Shown: one piece after another, positions 1-7,508 of the stretch
Position numbering within the stretch: the stretch's first letter is position 1
Layout of the letters: each line of letters begins with the position of its first letter
Virus record (IMG/VR): IMGVR_UViG_2909739949_000002
Location: 1-18,528 of that record
DNA: 18,528 nucleotides
Strand: one strand, 5' to 3'
Source of the DNA: a virus
Lineage: Duplodnaviria; Heunggongvirae; Uroviricota; Caudoviricetes
Translations under genes and position numbers: made by a program
The notes under the pieces: model-generated
Databases searched by the model: none
What the model saw: the letters and a program-made list of their open reading frames with translations, nothing else
What the model was told of the DNA's origin: nothing

Positions 1-213
1 ATGAATAATTCTGATCAAGAAAATTTATCTAAAGCCATAAGTGAGTTTAGAGATAGTTGGAGAGAGTACTTTAAATCTCAATACGGCTTATATCCTGATG
101 AACTATCTCCATATAGAGATGGTGAAATACAAATGAGTTGGATAATAGAAAGAGGCTATATCTCTAAAGAGACTATAAGTAAATTATTAGGTGAACAAGA
201 TGAACTGTATTAA
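1..213 (+). CDS. hypothetical protein (70 aa)
   Basis: ATG at 1, stop overlaps the next ORF; no recognisable motif; upstream context not visible. Confidence 0.65.
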   Translation: MNNSDQENLSKAISEFRDSWREYFKSQYGLYPDELSPYRDGEIQMSWIIERGYISKETISKLLGEQDELY

Positions 214-679
214 TTGTGGTAAACATTTTCATTATTGTTCTAGTTGCGGATATATTCCAGAAGCAGAATGGGAATGCTGTTCTAGTAAATGTGTCCATGA
301 AAGGATTAATAAACTAGAAGGTAGAGAACTAATAGAAGTATTAGCTGATCATATCTATTGTGATAATGTCTCTTATGATCTAGCTTTACAAAAGATTAGG
401 GAGAATAAAAGAGAAGTAGGTATAGAACTAGTAGGTGTTAAATTAGAACATTGGTCTGCTTGTTCTGATACTGTGCCGCTAGAAGAAGTACTAGAGTTAG
501 AATGTGTAGAAGATGAAGAGCTAATTAACTACCTATTTAAACTATTTAAAGAAGAAAGACTATCACCTAAGTTTGCTTTAGCTGAAATATTAGAGAATGA
601 GGAGGCACTAGGAATAAAACTAGTAGATGAATTCCTAGAAGAATATGATAATTATTACCCTACTGCTGATAAGGATTAA
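200..679 (+). CDS. hypothetical protein with N-terminal Cys-rich putative zinc finger and acidic C-terminus
   Basis: CINC..HYCSSC..CCSSKC; AGGTG about 6 nt upstream of ATG 200 (GTG 191 is an alternative start). Confidence 0.7.
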   Translation: MNCINCGKHFHYCSSCGYIPEAEWECCSSKCVHERINKLEGRELIEVLADHIYCDNVSYDLALQKIRENKREVGIELVGVKLEHWSACSDTVPLEEVLELECVEDEELINYLFKLFKEERLSPKFALAEILENEEALGIKLVDEFLEEYDNYYPTADKD

Positions 680-681
680 AT

Positions 682-972
682 ATGAATAAAGTAAATATAA
701 TTGCAAGTAAAGAAATAGACTCTATTAGAGATATAGCTAGTGAAATATTTGAAGTTGAATTTACTTGGACAACAGATGGGGCTTATATTCAATGGTACTC
801 AGATAGTAGTACTAGACTTAGATTCTTAATAGACCCCGCAGAAAGAAGACTTTATATTAATCATGGTATTGGAAAAGATAATTGTGAATATCCTTTAGAA
901 GATATTAATGATATTGGCATTATTAAAAAGTGTCTAATTGATTATAAAGAATGGTATATAGGATGGGTATAG
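682..972 (+). CDS. hypothetical protein (96 aa)
   Basis: AAGGA SD at 671-675, ATG 682, 2 nt after the previous stop. Confidence 0.75.
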   Translation: MNKVNIIASKEIDSIRDIASEIFEVEFTWTTDGAYIQWYSDSSTRLRFLIDPAERRLYINHGIGKDNCEYPLEDINDIGIIKKCLIDYKEWYIGWV

Positions 973-1430
973 ATTTTATTAGACAGTACTTGATGAGTAT
1001 CTCTTCTTTTAGAGAAGATAGAAAAGATTGGAAATTTAATGGCGTAGAAGAGTTAATTCTTAAGTTAGGTGTTGAAGGTAAAACAAAACCCACTAAATAT
1101 AATGGATATCCTAAATATTGTTTTCATAACTGTCAAACCTTATGTCTTAGATATCATCATCTAATCTATGTAGAAGGTTACTGTCTAGTACATAAAGTAG
1201 GAATACCTATAGAACATGCTTGGTTATTTGATACTAGATATGATTGCTTCATAGACCCCACTATTAAAAAGTATGAATGTACTTACCTAGGAGTCCCTCT
1301 ACCTAATTACTTTATTAAAGATACTCTTAAGAAAAGGAAGGAAAGTAAGGGGGCTCCTATTCTATTTGACTACTTGAATAATAGAGATCTTCTAAAAGAA
1401 GGTATATCTCATATATGTATTGTTAATTAA
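951..1430 (+). CDS. transglutaminase/papain-like Cys-His-Asp fold protein (putative)
   Basis: Motifs YCFHN ... YVEGY ... PIEHAW ... FIDPT ... YLGV give a C-H-D triad spacing typical of transglutaminase-like hypotheticals; start uncertain (951/963). Confidence 0.55.
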   Translation: MVYRMGIDFIRQYLMSISSFREDRKDWKFNGVEELILKLGVEGKTKPTKYNGYPKYCFHNCQTLCLRYHHLIYVEGYCLVHKVGIPIEHAWLFDTRYDCFIDPTIKKYECTYLGVPLPNYFIKDTLKKRKESKGAPILFDYLNNRDLLKEGISHICIVN

Positions 1431-1437
1431 GTTAAGT

Positions 1438-1458
1438 AGGCGGCTAGTTGAGCCGCCT
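1438..1458 (+). terminator. GC-rich intergenic hairpin (terminator-like)
   Basis: AGGCGGCT-agttg-AGCCGCCT followed by TTACTATTT. Confidence 0.55.
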
Positions 1459-1483
1459 TTACTATTTAATGGAGAGTAATAAT

Positions 1484-2089
1484 ATGAATAATGAAGATAG
1501 AAATGAGAATGAAATTAGTACTGGAGAAGATTGGGAATTATTTGGTAGTGATATCAATAGAAGACGTAGAGATAAAACTTACTACATAATTAGAGACCGC
1601 CCAGCAGAACGTAGAAGAAATATAAGAATAGGTATTGCTCTTCTAATAGCAGGACTAAGTATCTATGGATATATGAATCGGCCTTGGGCTATGGGATTTA
1701 GCCCAGGTAAAGAAGCTAGAAAGAACTTTATTCAGAAGATTAGAAATTGTATAGCAGAAGGTAATTGTCCTAGCATGATTACTGCTGCTGAATATAGTAG
1801 ACACTGTATTAAAGGAAGCACTATTGGTGAAGTAGTAGGTGATGCTCATAAAGACCTAACCCTAGAAGAGCTTAGAAAGCTAAAGCAGAGTAATAATTCA
1901 GATAAGAAAAACAAAGGCGGCGTTAATAAAGTAACTAAGAGAAATCAGGAAAGGGTAGATAAGAGTGACTTATCTAAAGTAGTCTGTAAACCTTTAGCTG
2001 ACTACATAGGTAGTAGAGTAAAAAGAATAATAATAGATCTAGACCTATTAGAAAGTAATGATAAATCAGGAGATAAGAAAGATGAGTGA
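1484..2089 (+). CDS. hypothetical membrane-anchored protein (201 aa)
   Basis: GGAG at 1471-1474 supports ATG 1484 over the track TTG 1448; one hydrophobic segment IRIGIALLIAGLSIYGYM. Confidence 0.7.
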   Translation: MNNEDRNENEISTGEDWELFGSDINRRRRDKTYYIIRDRPAERRRNIRIGIALLIAGLSIYGYMNRPWAMGFSPGKEARKNFIQKIRNCIAEGNCPSMITAAEYSRHCIKGSTIGEVVGDAHKDLTLEELRKLKQSNNSDKKNKGGVNKVTKRNQERVDKSDLSKVVCKPLADYIGSRVKRIIIDLDLLESNDKSGDKKDE

Positions 2090-2582
2090 TGTAGAAAAGT
2101 ATCTTTATTTAGTAATTGTAAGTACTGCTGTTGTATTTACTATAAAATGGGCAGAAGGAGATGAAAGGAGAAGATCTCTATTTAGAGAGTTTTATTTTAT
2201 TAGACTTAATTCTAGGTCTGATGAAAGAGATGATAGAGATGATGATGAACTTCTAGATGAAGCAGAAAGAATAGCTAAGGAAAGAAGCAAAAGAAGGGCT
2301 AACAGAATAGATAAGAAAGCTAGTAGTCAAGAAAACTATGATGTCCATTATCATATGGAAAGAGAAATAAAAGATGTAGAAGTAATCCCTTTATATCCGG
2401 GAGAAGATGATGACTTAGTTCATTTTATTAATAACAAACATAGACATGTAGTTTGCTTTACTGATGACGAAGGCAATGACCCAGAAGATAATGAGCCTTT
2501 ACCTGAATGGATGATAGAAATGAATAAGGAATTTATTGAGAGTCTGAGAACAATAGACTTTAAAGAAGAATCAGAAGAGTAA
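2082..2582 (+). CDS. hypothetical protein with N-terminal TM anchor and acidic C-terminus (166 aa)
   Basis: AGGAG upstream of ATG 2082, which overlaps the previous stop; YLYLVIVSTAVVFTI hydrophobic stretch. Confidence 0.7.
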   Translation: MSDVEKYLYLVIVSTAVVFTIKWAEGDERRRSLFREFYFIRLNSRSDERDDRDDDELLDEAERIAKERSKRRANRIDKKASSQENYDVHYHMEREIKDVEVIPLYPGEDDDLVHFINNKHRHVVCFTDDEGNDPEDNEPLPEWMIEMNKEFIESLRTIDFKEESEE

Positions 2583-2589
2583 ACTAATG

Positions 2590-2609
2590 AGGCGGCCTAC
2601 TAGCCGTCT
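2590..2609 (+). terminator. GC-rich intergenic hairpin related to 1438-1458
   Basis: AGGCGGC-ctacta-GCCGTCT (one G-U pair). Confidence 0.45.
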
Positions 2610-2628
2610 ATTCTATTAAAGGATTAAA

Positions 2629-2817
2629 ATGCTAAGAAGATACTTTAAGATATTTATCATTTCCTTCGCCGCCACTTTTATATTCTGTGAAACTATCATA
2701 GTACTTCGTGATCATACAATTCACTTCAGTATGAAACGTTCATTAGTCTATCTAATAGCTTGTAGTACAGGCTCTGTCTGGGGAACTCTATTAGGTGAGG
2801 CTTATCTTCGTAAATAG
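2629..2817 (+). CDS. small membrane protein (62 aa, two hydrophobic segments)
   Basis: AAGGA SD; FKIFIISFAATFIFCETIIVL and SLVYLIACSTGSVWGTLL. Confidence 0.7.
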   Translation: MLRRYFKIFIISFAATFIFCETIIVLRDHTIHFSMKRSLVYLIACSTGSVWGTLLGEAYLRK

Positions 2818-2846
2818 AGAACACTGTATTTCGTAAAATATTTCTC

Positions 2847-2970
2847 AGCTTCTATCTCATTCTTCAATAGAAGAGGAGCTATTTTAAAACCTACTTGTTA
2901 CTAAGTAGGTTTTATTTTATCTATTAATTTTACTAGCTTCTATCTCATTCTTCAATAAAAGAGGGAGCTA
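2847..2970. repeat. imperfect 35/36-bp direct repeat flanking an 11-bp perfect hairpin
   Basis: AGCTTCTATCTCATTCTTCAATA(G/A)AAGAG(G)GAGCTA at 2847-2881 and 2935-2970; AAAACCTACTT/AAGTAGGTTTT at 2886-2913. Confidence 0.9.
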
Positions 2971-3003
2971 AAGTCTGTACTATATCTGGATCGCTACACG
3001 TTA

Positions 3004-3071
3004 GGTAAAAGGTTGGATAGTAAAGAATTTGCACTGTATTTGGATAATCTTGCTGGGTAAAAGGTTGGATA
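3004..3071. repeat. 16-bp exact direct repeat, 52-bp period
   Basis: GGTAAAAGGTTGGATA at 3004-3019 and 3056-3071. Confidence 0.9.
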
Positions 3072-3187
3072 TTGATGGTACTCGTATAGTCCCCCTAGGG
3101 GTATGGTAATTATTTCTTAATCAATTAAATAATAATCAAGCTGCCCTGATAGAAAGAGTCTCTAGGGTAGCTAGTCAATTAATTAAT

Positions 3188-3258
3188 AGTGTTAGTAGTT
3201 AACACTCTTTTTCTTTTCTTCTGTTCTTTAGTGAAGTTAACAATCAAAGGACAGAAGA
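3188..3258 (+). promoter_or_regulatory. cassette element 1 (variant): terminator-like hairpin + SD-occluding hairpin
   Basis: AGTGTTA/TAACACT + T tract; 13-bp stem TCTTCTGTTCTTT (3217-3229)/AAAGGACAGAAGA (3246-3258) enclosing AGTGAAGTTAACAATC. Confidence 0.75.
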
Positions 3259-3260
3259 CA

Positions 3261-3665
3261 ATGATTACTAAACAACAAGTACAAGAACTAGGTAGATTAC
3301 TTTCTAAGATTGGTGTGGAGGTTGTACCCCACACTAGCAAGAAAGCTAAGACTAAACTAGTTCGTAACCAACAAGCTTCTTACTATAGGAAGCAGATAGT
3401 CTATAGAGTAGGTTGTACCTATGACTCTATAGTGCATGAAGCAATCCACGCACTACAAGATTATCTAGGTACTCTAGTAGGTCTACCTGCTAGAGTAACC
3501 TCTTCAGTCAAAGCTAATCCTAAGTTCGCTTGGAGTATAGAAGCTGAAGCTTATACCAATGAGAACAACGCTACCCTAGTGATAGCTAAGTTCAAACAAG
3601 CTCTTGGTATGAATCTTTCCTTAGGAGAGAGGGTAGTAGTACTAATGAATAAGGTAGTGTTCTAA
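3261..3665 (+). CDS. HExxH zincin-like (ImmA/IrrE-like) protein (134 aa)
   Basis: SIVHEAIHALQ plus downstream IEAEAY; AAAGGA SD supports ATG 3261 over the track GTG 3189. Confidence 0.65.
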   Translation: MITKQQVQELGRLLSKIGVEVVPHTSKKAKTKLVRNQQASYYRKQIVYRVGCTYDSIVHEAIHALQDYLGTLVGLPARVTSSVKANPKFAWSIEAEAYTNENNATLVIAKFKQALGMNLSLGERVVVLMNKVVF

Positions 3666-3689
3666 TGATAGATATATACATATATCTAT

Positions 3690-3757
3690 CTATTATCAAT
3701 CTGGTGAATGATGGCGTACATTCCATCTAGTGAGGTTCGATTCCTCTAGATAATAGA
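3690..3757 (+). ncRNA. tRNA-like element copy 1 (diverged)
   Basis: CTATTAT/ATAATAG acceptor-like stem (extends to 15 bp, 3683-3697/3749-3763), CAATCTGGTGAAT connector, GATGG-CGTACATT-CCATC stem-loop, GAGG-TTCGATT-CCTC T-arm. Confidence 0.7.
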
Positions 3758-3822
3758 TAGATAGGTATATATCTATCCTTTTTTTATTTCTCTTCTAGTG
3801 ATGTTTACAGTACACACTGGAG
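3756..3822 (+). promoter_or_regulatory. cassette element 2
   Basis: GATAGATA/TATCTATC + T7; CTAGTG (3795)-N14-CACTGG (3815) AG, with the A>G change kept as a U-G pair. Confidence 0.85.
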
Positions 3823-3829
3823 AAATAAA

Positions 3830-4315
3830 ATGTCTTTAGTAAAAGAATACACCAACACTTCATTTAAAGCTATTAATAAATCTTTCAGGGAGAGAGTTCC
3901 TTCTGAGAAGGCTATTAATACTTTAAAGGAAATGGAAAGTTTACCTAGCCAAGTATTTCCATATTTAGCTAGGGGAACAAAGACCAAGCACTTACTTTCT
4001 GAAATAGAGGGTAATGTATGGTCTCCTAGAGGAATAGTAAGTACTAGTAGTTCCATCCAAGTTGCTAGAAAATTTGCTATTCACCATAATGAAAACTGCT
4101 TTGCCTCTTCTCAGGGTGAGGCCAGCTTAATAATTATGCTAGGAGCAGTTGGTAAAGACTTAAGCCTTTATACCTCATTCTCGAAAGAGAGTGAGGTAGT
4201 CTTATTAAATCCTTCTCTTAGAATTAAGTTTCTAAGAAATACAGATGAATATAAGATATGGATTGCAAGTAATCTTATATTCAGAGATGAAGAAATAGAT
4301 TACTTATTTAAGTAA
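3830..4315 (+). CDS. ADP-ribosyltransferase, R-S-E (C3/VIP2/T4 Alt-like) clade
   Basis: EYTNTSFKAINKSFR helix, YLARG catalytic Arg, VSTSSS motif, KESEVVL ExE motif, in canonical order. Confidence 0.85.
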   Translation: MSLVKEYTNTSFKAINKSFRERVPSEKAINTLKEMESLPSQVFPYLARGTKTKHLLSEIEGNVWSPRGIVSTSSSIQVARKFAIHHNENCFASSQGEASLIIMLGAVGKDLSLYTSFSKESEVVLLNPSLRIKFLRNTDEYKIWIASNLIFRDEEIDYLFK

Positions 4316-4320
4316 GGCAT

Positions 4321-4384
4321 AAAAGAGTAAGATAATTCTTACTCTTTTTTTATTTCTAGTGATGTTTTAGTGACAACACTAGGA
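4321..4384 (+). promoter_or_regulatory. cassette element 3
   Basis: AAAAGAGTAAGA-taat-TCTTACTCTTTT; CTAGTG (4356)-N15-CACTAG (4377) GA. Confidence 0.9.
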
Positions 4385-4388
4385 AAAT

Positions 4389-4793
4389 ATGTTTAACAAT
4401 ATCTCTGCAATTGAAACCGCTAACCAAGTCTATTCCTTCCATAAGGATAATGGATTTGGTTTAGATCCTTTCAGATTCAGTCATGATTTAGTTCACACTA
4501 TTCTAAACTTGTCTACTTCCATAGTAGAGGAGTTAGTAGTAACTTCTCTAGAGATGGAGAAGTTACTATCTTATGAAGAGTGTGAAGGGTTGAATAATCA
4601 AAACAATATTGATTACTCACTTAACAATGAGTGGTCAGTAGAGTTATATCAGCAAGTTGTAGAGAAATATAACTCTCTACCTGTTAAGAGCATTCTAGAA
4701 ATAGAATGCATGTCTGATATTAAATGGTGGAACGAGTTCTCTAGAGAACTCGAAGTACTTCATTTATCAGAGGATGAAGATTACTTATTCTAA
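4389..4793 (+). CDS. acidic hypothetical protein (134 aa)
   Basis: ATG 4389 after AGGA; no motif recognised. Confidence 0.75.
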   Translation: MFNNISAIETANQVYSFHKDNGFGLDPFRFSHDLVHTILNLSTSIVEELVVTSLEMEKLLSYEECEGLNNQNNIDYSLNNEWSVELYQQVVEKYNSLPVKSILEIECMSDIKWWNEFSRELEVLHLSEDEDYLF

Positions 4794-4798
4794 TAATT

Positions 4799-4862
4799 AA
4801 GAGTACTATTTAGTACTCTTTTTTTCTTTTCTCTTCTAGTGAACATTTACATTCACTAGGAG
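4799..4862 (+). promoter_or_regulatory. cassette element 4
   Basis: AAGAGTACT-attt-AGTACTCTT + T tract; CTAGTG (4836)-N12-CACTAG (4854) GAG. Confidence 0.9.
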
Positions 4863-4868
4863 ACTAGA

Positions 4869-5339
4869 ATGTTTACAGTTAGATTAAATAATGCTTCCTC
4901 TTTAACCTTCACAGTTTATGTGGAAGGTTATCCAGTACAAGTTGAAAAGTCCTTACCAGAAGAGGTTGATGCCTCTTATTGGGATGGAGATGACTTAGTA
5001 TTGGAATGCTCCTACAAGAGCGAGGAGGGGCGTAAAGCTTGGGCTCATACTATGAGATATCTAAAAGAGCAGTTTTGCCGAAAGCAAAATAGCTTTCTAG
5101 ATAAGATTAGAAACCCACAATATCAAACAGTTGTATCAGAGCTGAATGATATTAGAACATCGTTAGTCTCTCTATATAGAGAGAACACTGAAGTTCTTGC
5201 TAAAGAGCTAAAAGCTGAAAAAGGCAGCCCACAAAGATTTGTATATTCTGAAATATACAGAATCAACATGGATAAAATTCAATTCTTATTAGATCGTGAG
5301 AATGATTTATTAAGAGTAAAAGCTGAGTTATTAGCTTAA
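4869..5339 (+). CDS. hypothetical protein, paralog family A (with 8007-8552)
   Basis: Shares SLTFTV..EGYP..VE.SLPEEVD.S.W.G.DL.L.CS.K.EEG..AW.H...YLKEQF; helical C-terminus. Confidence 0.8.
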   Translation: MFTVRLNNASSLTFTVYVEGYPVQVEKSLPEEVDASYWDGDDLVLECSYKSEEGRKAWAHTMRYLKEQFCRKQNSFLDKIRNPQYQTVVSELNDIRTSLVSLYRENTEVLAKELKAEKGSPQRFVYSEIYRINMDKIQFLLDRENDLLRVKAELLA

Positions 5340-5343
5340 TAAG

Positions 5344-5409
5344 AAAAAGAGTAGGATAATTCCTACTCTTTTTCTTTTTCTTCTAGTGAACATTTACATT
5401 CACTAGGAG
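5344..5409 (+). promoter_or_regulatory. cassette element 5
   Basis: AAAAAGAGTAGGA-taat-TCCTACTCTTTTT; CTAGTG (5383)-N12-CACTAG (5401) GAG. Confidence 0.9.
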
Positions 5410-5415
5410 TGAATT

Positions 5416-5709
5416 ATGAAATCTTTATTCAATGAAATCATCTCTTTAGTTAGATCTGAATCTGCTGACGAAGTACTTGAAAGAGTACAACGTGAAAAGA
5501 AGGAAGCTCTAACTAATGGGCAGGTTTACGAGTTTTCTAAAGAGGACTTTCAAGTGATTAATGGTATTCGTCCAAAGTACACACAAGTACCAGCTATGTG
5601 GGGCTGGTATACTGCATTTGCTATTACCATCTTAATGATGGTAGGTACTGCATCTAGACAGTATCTAATGTACTGTAATACTACCTCTAACCAAGAGGTA
5701 GTTAAGTAA
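5416..5709 (+). CDS. hypothetical single-pass membrane protein (97 aa)
   Basis: WGWYTAFAITILMMVGTA hydrophobic segment. Confidence 0.75.
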   Translation: MKSLFNEIISLVRSESADEVLERVQREKKEALTNGQVYEFSKEDFQVINGIRPKYTQVPAMWGWYTAFAITILMMVGTASRQYLMYCNTTSNQEVVK

Positions 5710-5715
5710 CTAATT

Positions 5716-5775
5716 AAAGAGGGGAGAAATCCTCTCTTTTTTCTTCTAGTGATGTTTTAGTGACAACACTAGGAG
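5716..5775 (+). promoter_or_regulatory. cassette element 6
   Basis: AAAGAGGGGA-gaaa-TCCTCTCTTT; CTAGTG (5746)-N15-CACTAG (5767) GAG. Confidence 0.9.
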
Positions 5776-5781
5776 AAATAT

Positions 5782-6207
5782 ATGCCTAATAAGTTTGAAG
5801 AGTTAGTTGACCTATGCCGCTCTTGTGGCATTAAAGTTGACTTAAACCCCTTCTGCTCAAGGGGGAATAACTACAGATCGGGCTGGATCGAATTAGATTT
5901 CAGGAATGAATATCTACCTGAATATCTCAAAAGGACAGGACTTTCTCTCATAGAATACCAATTCTATGGGTTGTTGCATGAGTTGGGTCATGCAACCCAC
6001 CTTGATGAACATATCAATTCCTTTACCTCTAAGGTAGAGGAAGAGCAAGATGCCTGGGAACGGGCATACCACATCCATTGCCTCTTGTGGGGTGAGCCAC
6101 CACTTGAATTCCATATAGCATGGATAGATGCCATTCAAACCTATCATCAAGCTGCTGCTGAATTGGCAGCACTGCCTGAAGAGAAAAGAAGAAGACCTAA
6201 ATGGTAA
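5782..6207 (+). CDS. HExxH zincin-like (ImmA/IrrE-like) protein (141 aa)
   Basis: GLLHELGHATH ... EEEQDAWERA. Confidence 0.7.
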   Translation: MPNKFEELVDLCRSCGIKVDLNPFCSRGNNYRSGWIELDFRNEYLPEYLKRTGLSLIEYQFYGLLHELGHATHLDEHINSFTSKVEEEQDAWERAYHIHCLLWGEPPLEFHIAWIDAIQTYHQAAAELAALPEEKRRRPKW

Positions 6208-6213
6208 ATAGAG

Positions 6214-6274
6214 AAAGAGGGGAGAAATCCTCTCTTTTTCTTTCTCTTCTAGTGAACATTACATTCACTAGGAG
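6214..6274 (+). promoter_or_regulatory. cassette element 7
   Basis: Same terminator as element 6; CTAGTG (6249)-N11-CACTAG (6266) GAG. Confidence 0.9.
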
Positions 6275-6282
6275 AGAAACCT

Positions 6283-6846
6283 GTGAAAATTTCTGTAAGA
6301 TTTGAAATCCATCCTACCTACATTTCTAAATTTGTTACTGAACGTCACTCTTCCCAAGGAGTGGCTGTTGCTGCTAAGAATCTAGAAACAGGAGAAGTAG
6401 GATGGCTCCATGTCTGCCATAAATGGAATCTACAGAGAAGCGCTGTAGAAAAAGCCAAGTGGATAATAACTTGCGGTCTTCCCAGTAAATATAATCATCT
6501 CTCTCCTTTTGGAGGGAATGAGAAGTATTTAGTAGATACCAAGTTAGAAGGATGCATACTCACCGCTTCTATTTGGAAGGATGAATATCCTTCCTGCACT
6601 CCATTAGAAGGATACTCTTGGGGAGAAGAGTCTTCTTCTAATGACAGTTCTCCATTTCCCACTGTGGAGTGTCCATATGAAGCTTTCACTCCAGAGTGGC
6701 AAGCTTGGTGGGACGGATACTATTCCGTAATGGAGACTAACGAAGATTGGGATGAAGTAGATCCCAATCTAGACTACGAGGACGATGTAAATGCTTGGTG
6801 CTACAGAGTGCCAAGTAGAAACCTAAGAATCATATTAGGTTCCTAA
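6283..6846 (+). CDS. hypothetical protein, paralog family B (with 6917-7498), acidic C-terminus
   Basis: GTG start after AGGAG; GWLHVCH...AKWIITCGLPSKYNHLSPFGG. Confidence 0.75.
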   Translation: MKISVRFEIHPTYISKFVTERHSSQGVAVAAKNLETGEVGWLHVCHKWNLQRSAVEKAKWIITCGLPSKYNHLSPFGGNEKYLVDTKLEGCILTASIWKDEYPSCTPLEGYSWGEESSSNDSSPFPTVECPYEAFTPEWQAWWDGYYSVMETNEDWDEVDPNLDYEDDVNAWCYRVPSRNLRIILGS

Positions 6847-6856
6847 TTAAATACTG

Positions 6857-6910
6857 GGAGGGTAACACCTCCTTTTTTCTCTTCTAGTGAACTCTTTACA
6901 TCACTAGGAG
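6857..6910 (+). promoter_or_regulatory. cassette element 8
   Basis: GGAGG-gtaaca-CCTCC + T6; CTAGTG (6884)-N12-CACTAG (6902) GAG. Confidence 0.9.
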
Positions 6911-6916
6911 AACAAT

Positions 6917-7498
6917 ATGTCTTACATGAAAGTTATCTTCAATGTAACTTCTCAAGTACCTGCCTCTATAGGAGGAATAGGGGAAGTTGTAGTTGCAGAA
7001 CTGAATGGTAAGAAAGGACTATTGTATATTACTCATTCCAATCATGTGGATGAGATGCTAGCTATCCAAGCAACATGGATAGTTAGTTGTTACTTACCAA
7101 AGAAGTGGGCACACAAATGTCCCTTTGGAGGCAGAAGTAGTAATACTACAGTAGAACGATTGACTATTAAAGACAGATCAGATCTCTTTATAGTTCAATG
7201 CTATTACTCTCTGAAAGGAGAGTATATAGACATTTGTGCAGTTCCCATGTACTCCATTGTACAGAGCGAAGAGTACCAACAATTCGTATCTGAAATATTT
7301 GGAGTCTATGAACAAGTGAAAGCTTGGGGAACATATAGCAAACACGGAATAATGTTTGCTATAGCTAACCACTTACCTGAAAAGTGGCAGCACTTTAAGT
7401 CCTATGTTGTATACACTCTTAGAAAACAAGAGTATATCAATGCAGGAAGAGATTTCTCTTATGGAGTTATCTGTATTGAGATTGATGAACTCGAATAA
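6917..7498 (+). CDS. hypothetical protein, paralog family B (193 aa)
   Basis: GLLYITH...ATWIVSCYLPKKWAHKCPFGG; a second LPEKWQH-like motif near the C-terminus. Confidence 0.75.
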   Translation: MSYMKVIFNVTSQVPASIGGIGEVVVAELNGKKGLLYITHSNHVDEMLAIQATWIVSCYLPKKWAHKCPFGGRSSNTTVERLTIKDRSDLFIVQCYYSLKGEYIDICAVPMYSIVQSEEYQQFVSEIFGVYEQVKAWGTYSKHGIMFAIANHLPEKWQHFKSYVVYTLRKQEYINAGRDFSYGVICIEIDELE

Positions 7499-7508
7499 AT
7501 AAATATGC

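Noticed and set aside
4836-4859. N4 virion-RNAP-type hairpin promoters
   Set aside because: Those have short fixed 3-nt loops; here loops are long and variable, and no such polymerase is recognisable. A different phage RNAP cannot be fully excluded.
4846-4874. TTTACA in hairpin loops as a sigma70 -35 box
   Set aside because: A 17-bp spacer puts the -10 on the start codon (ATGTTT at 4869-4874), so the transcript would lack the SD and start; the motif is also absent from many copies.
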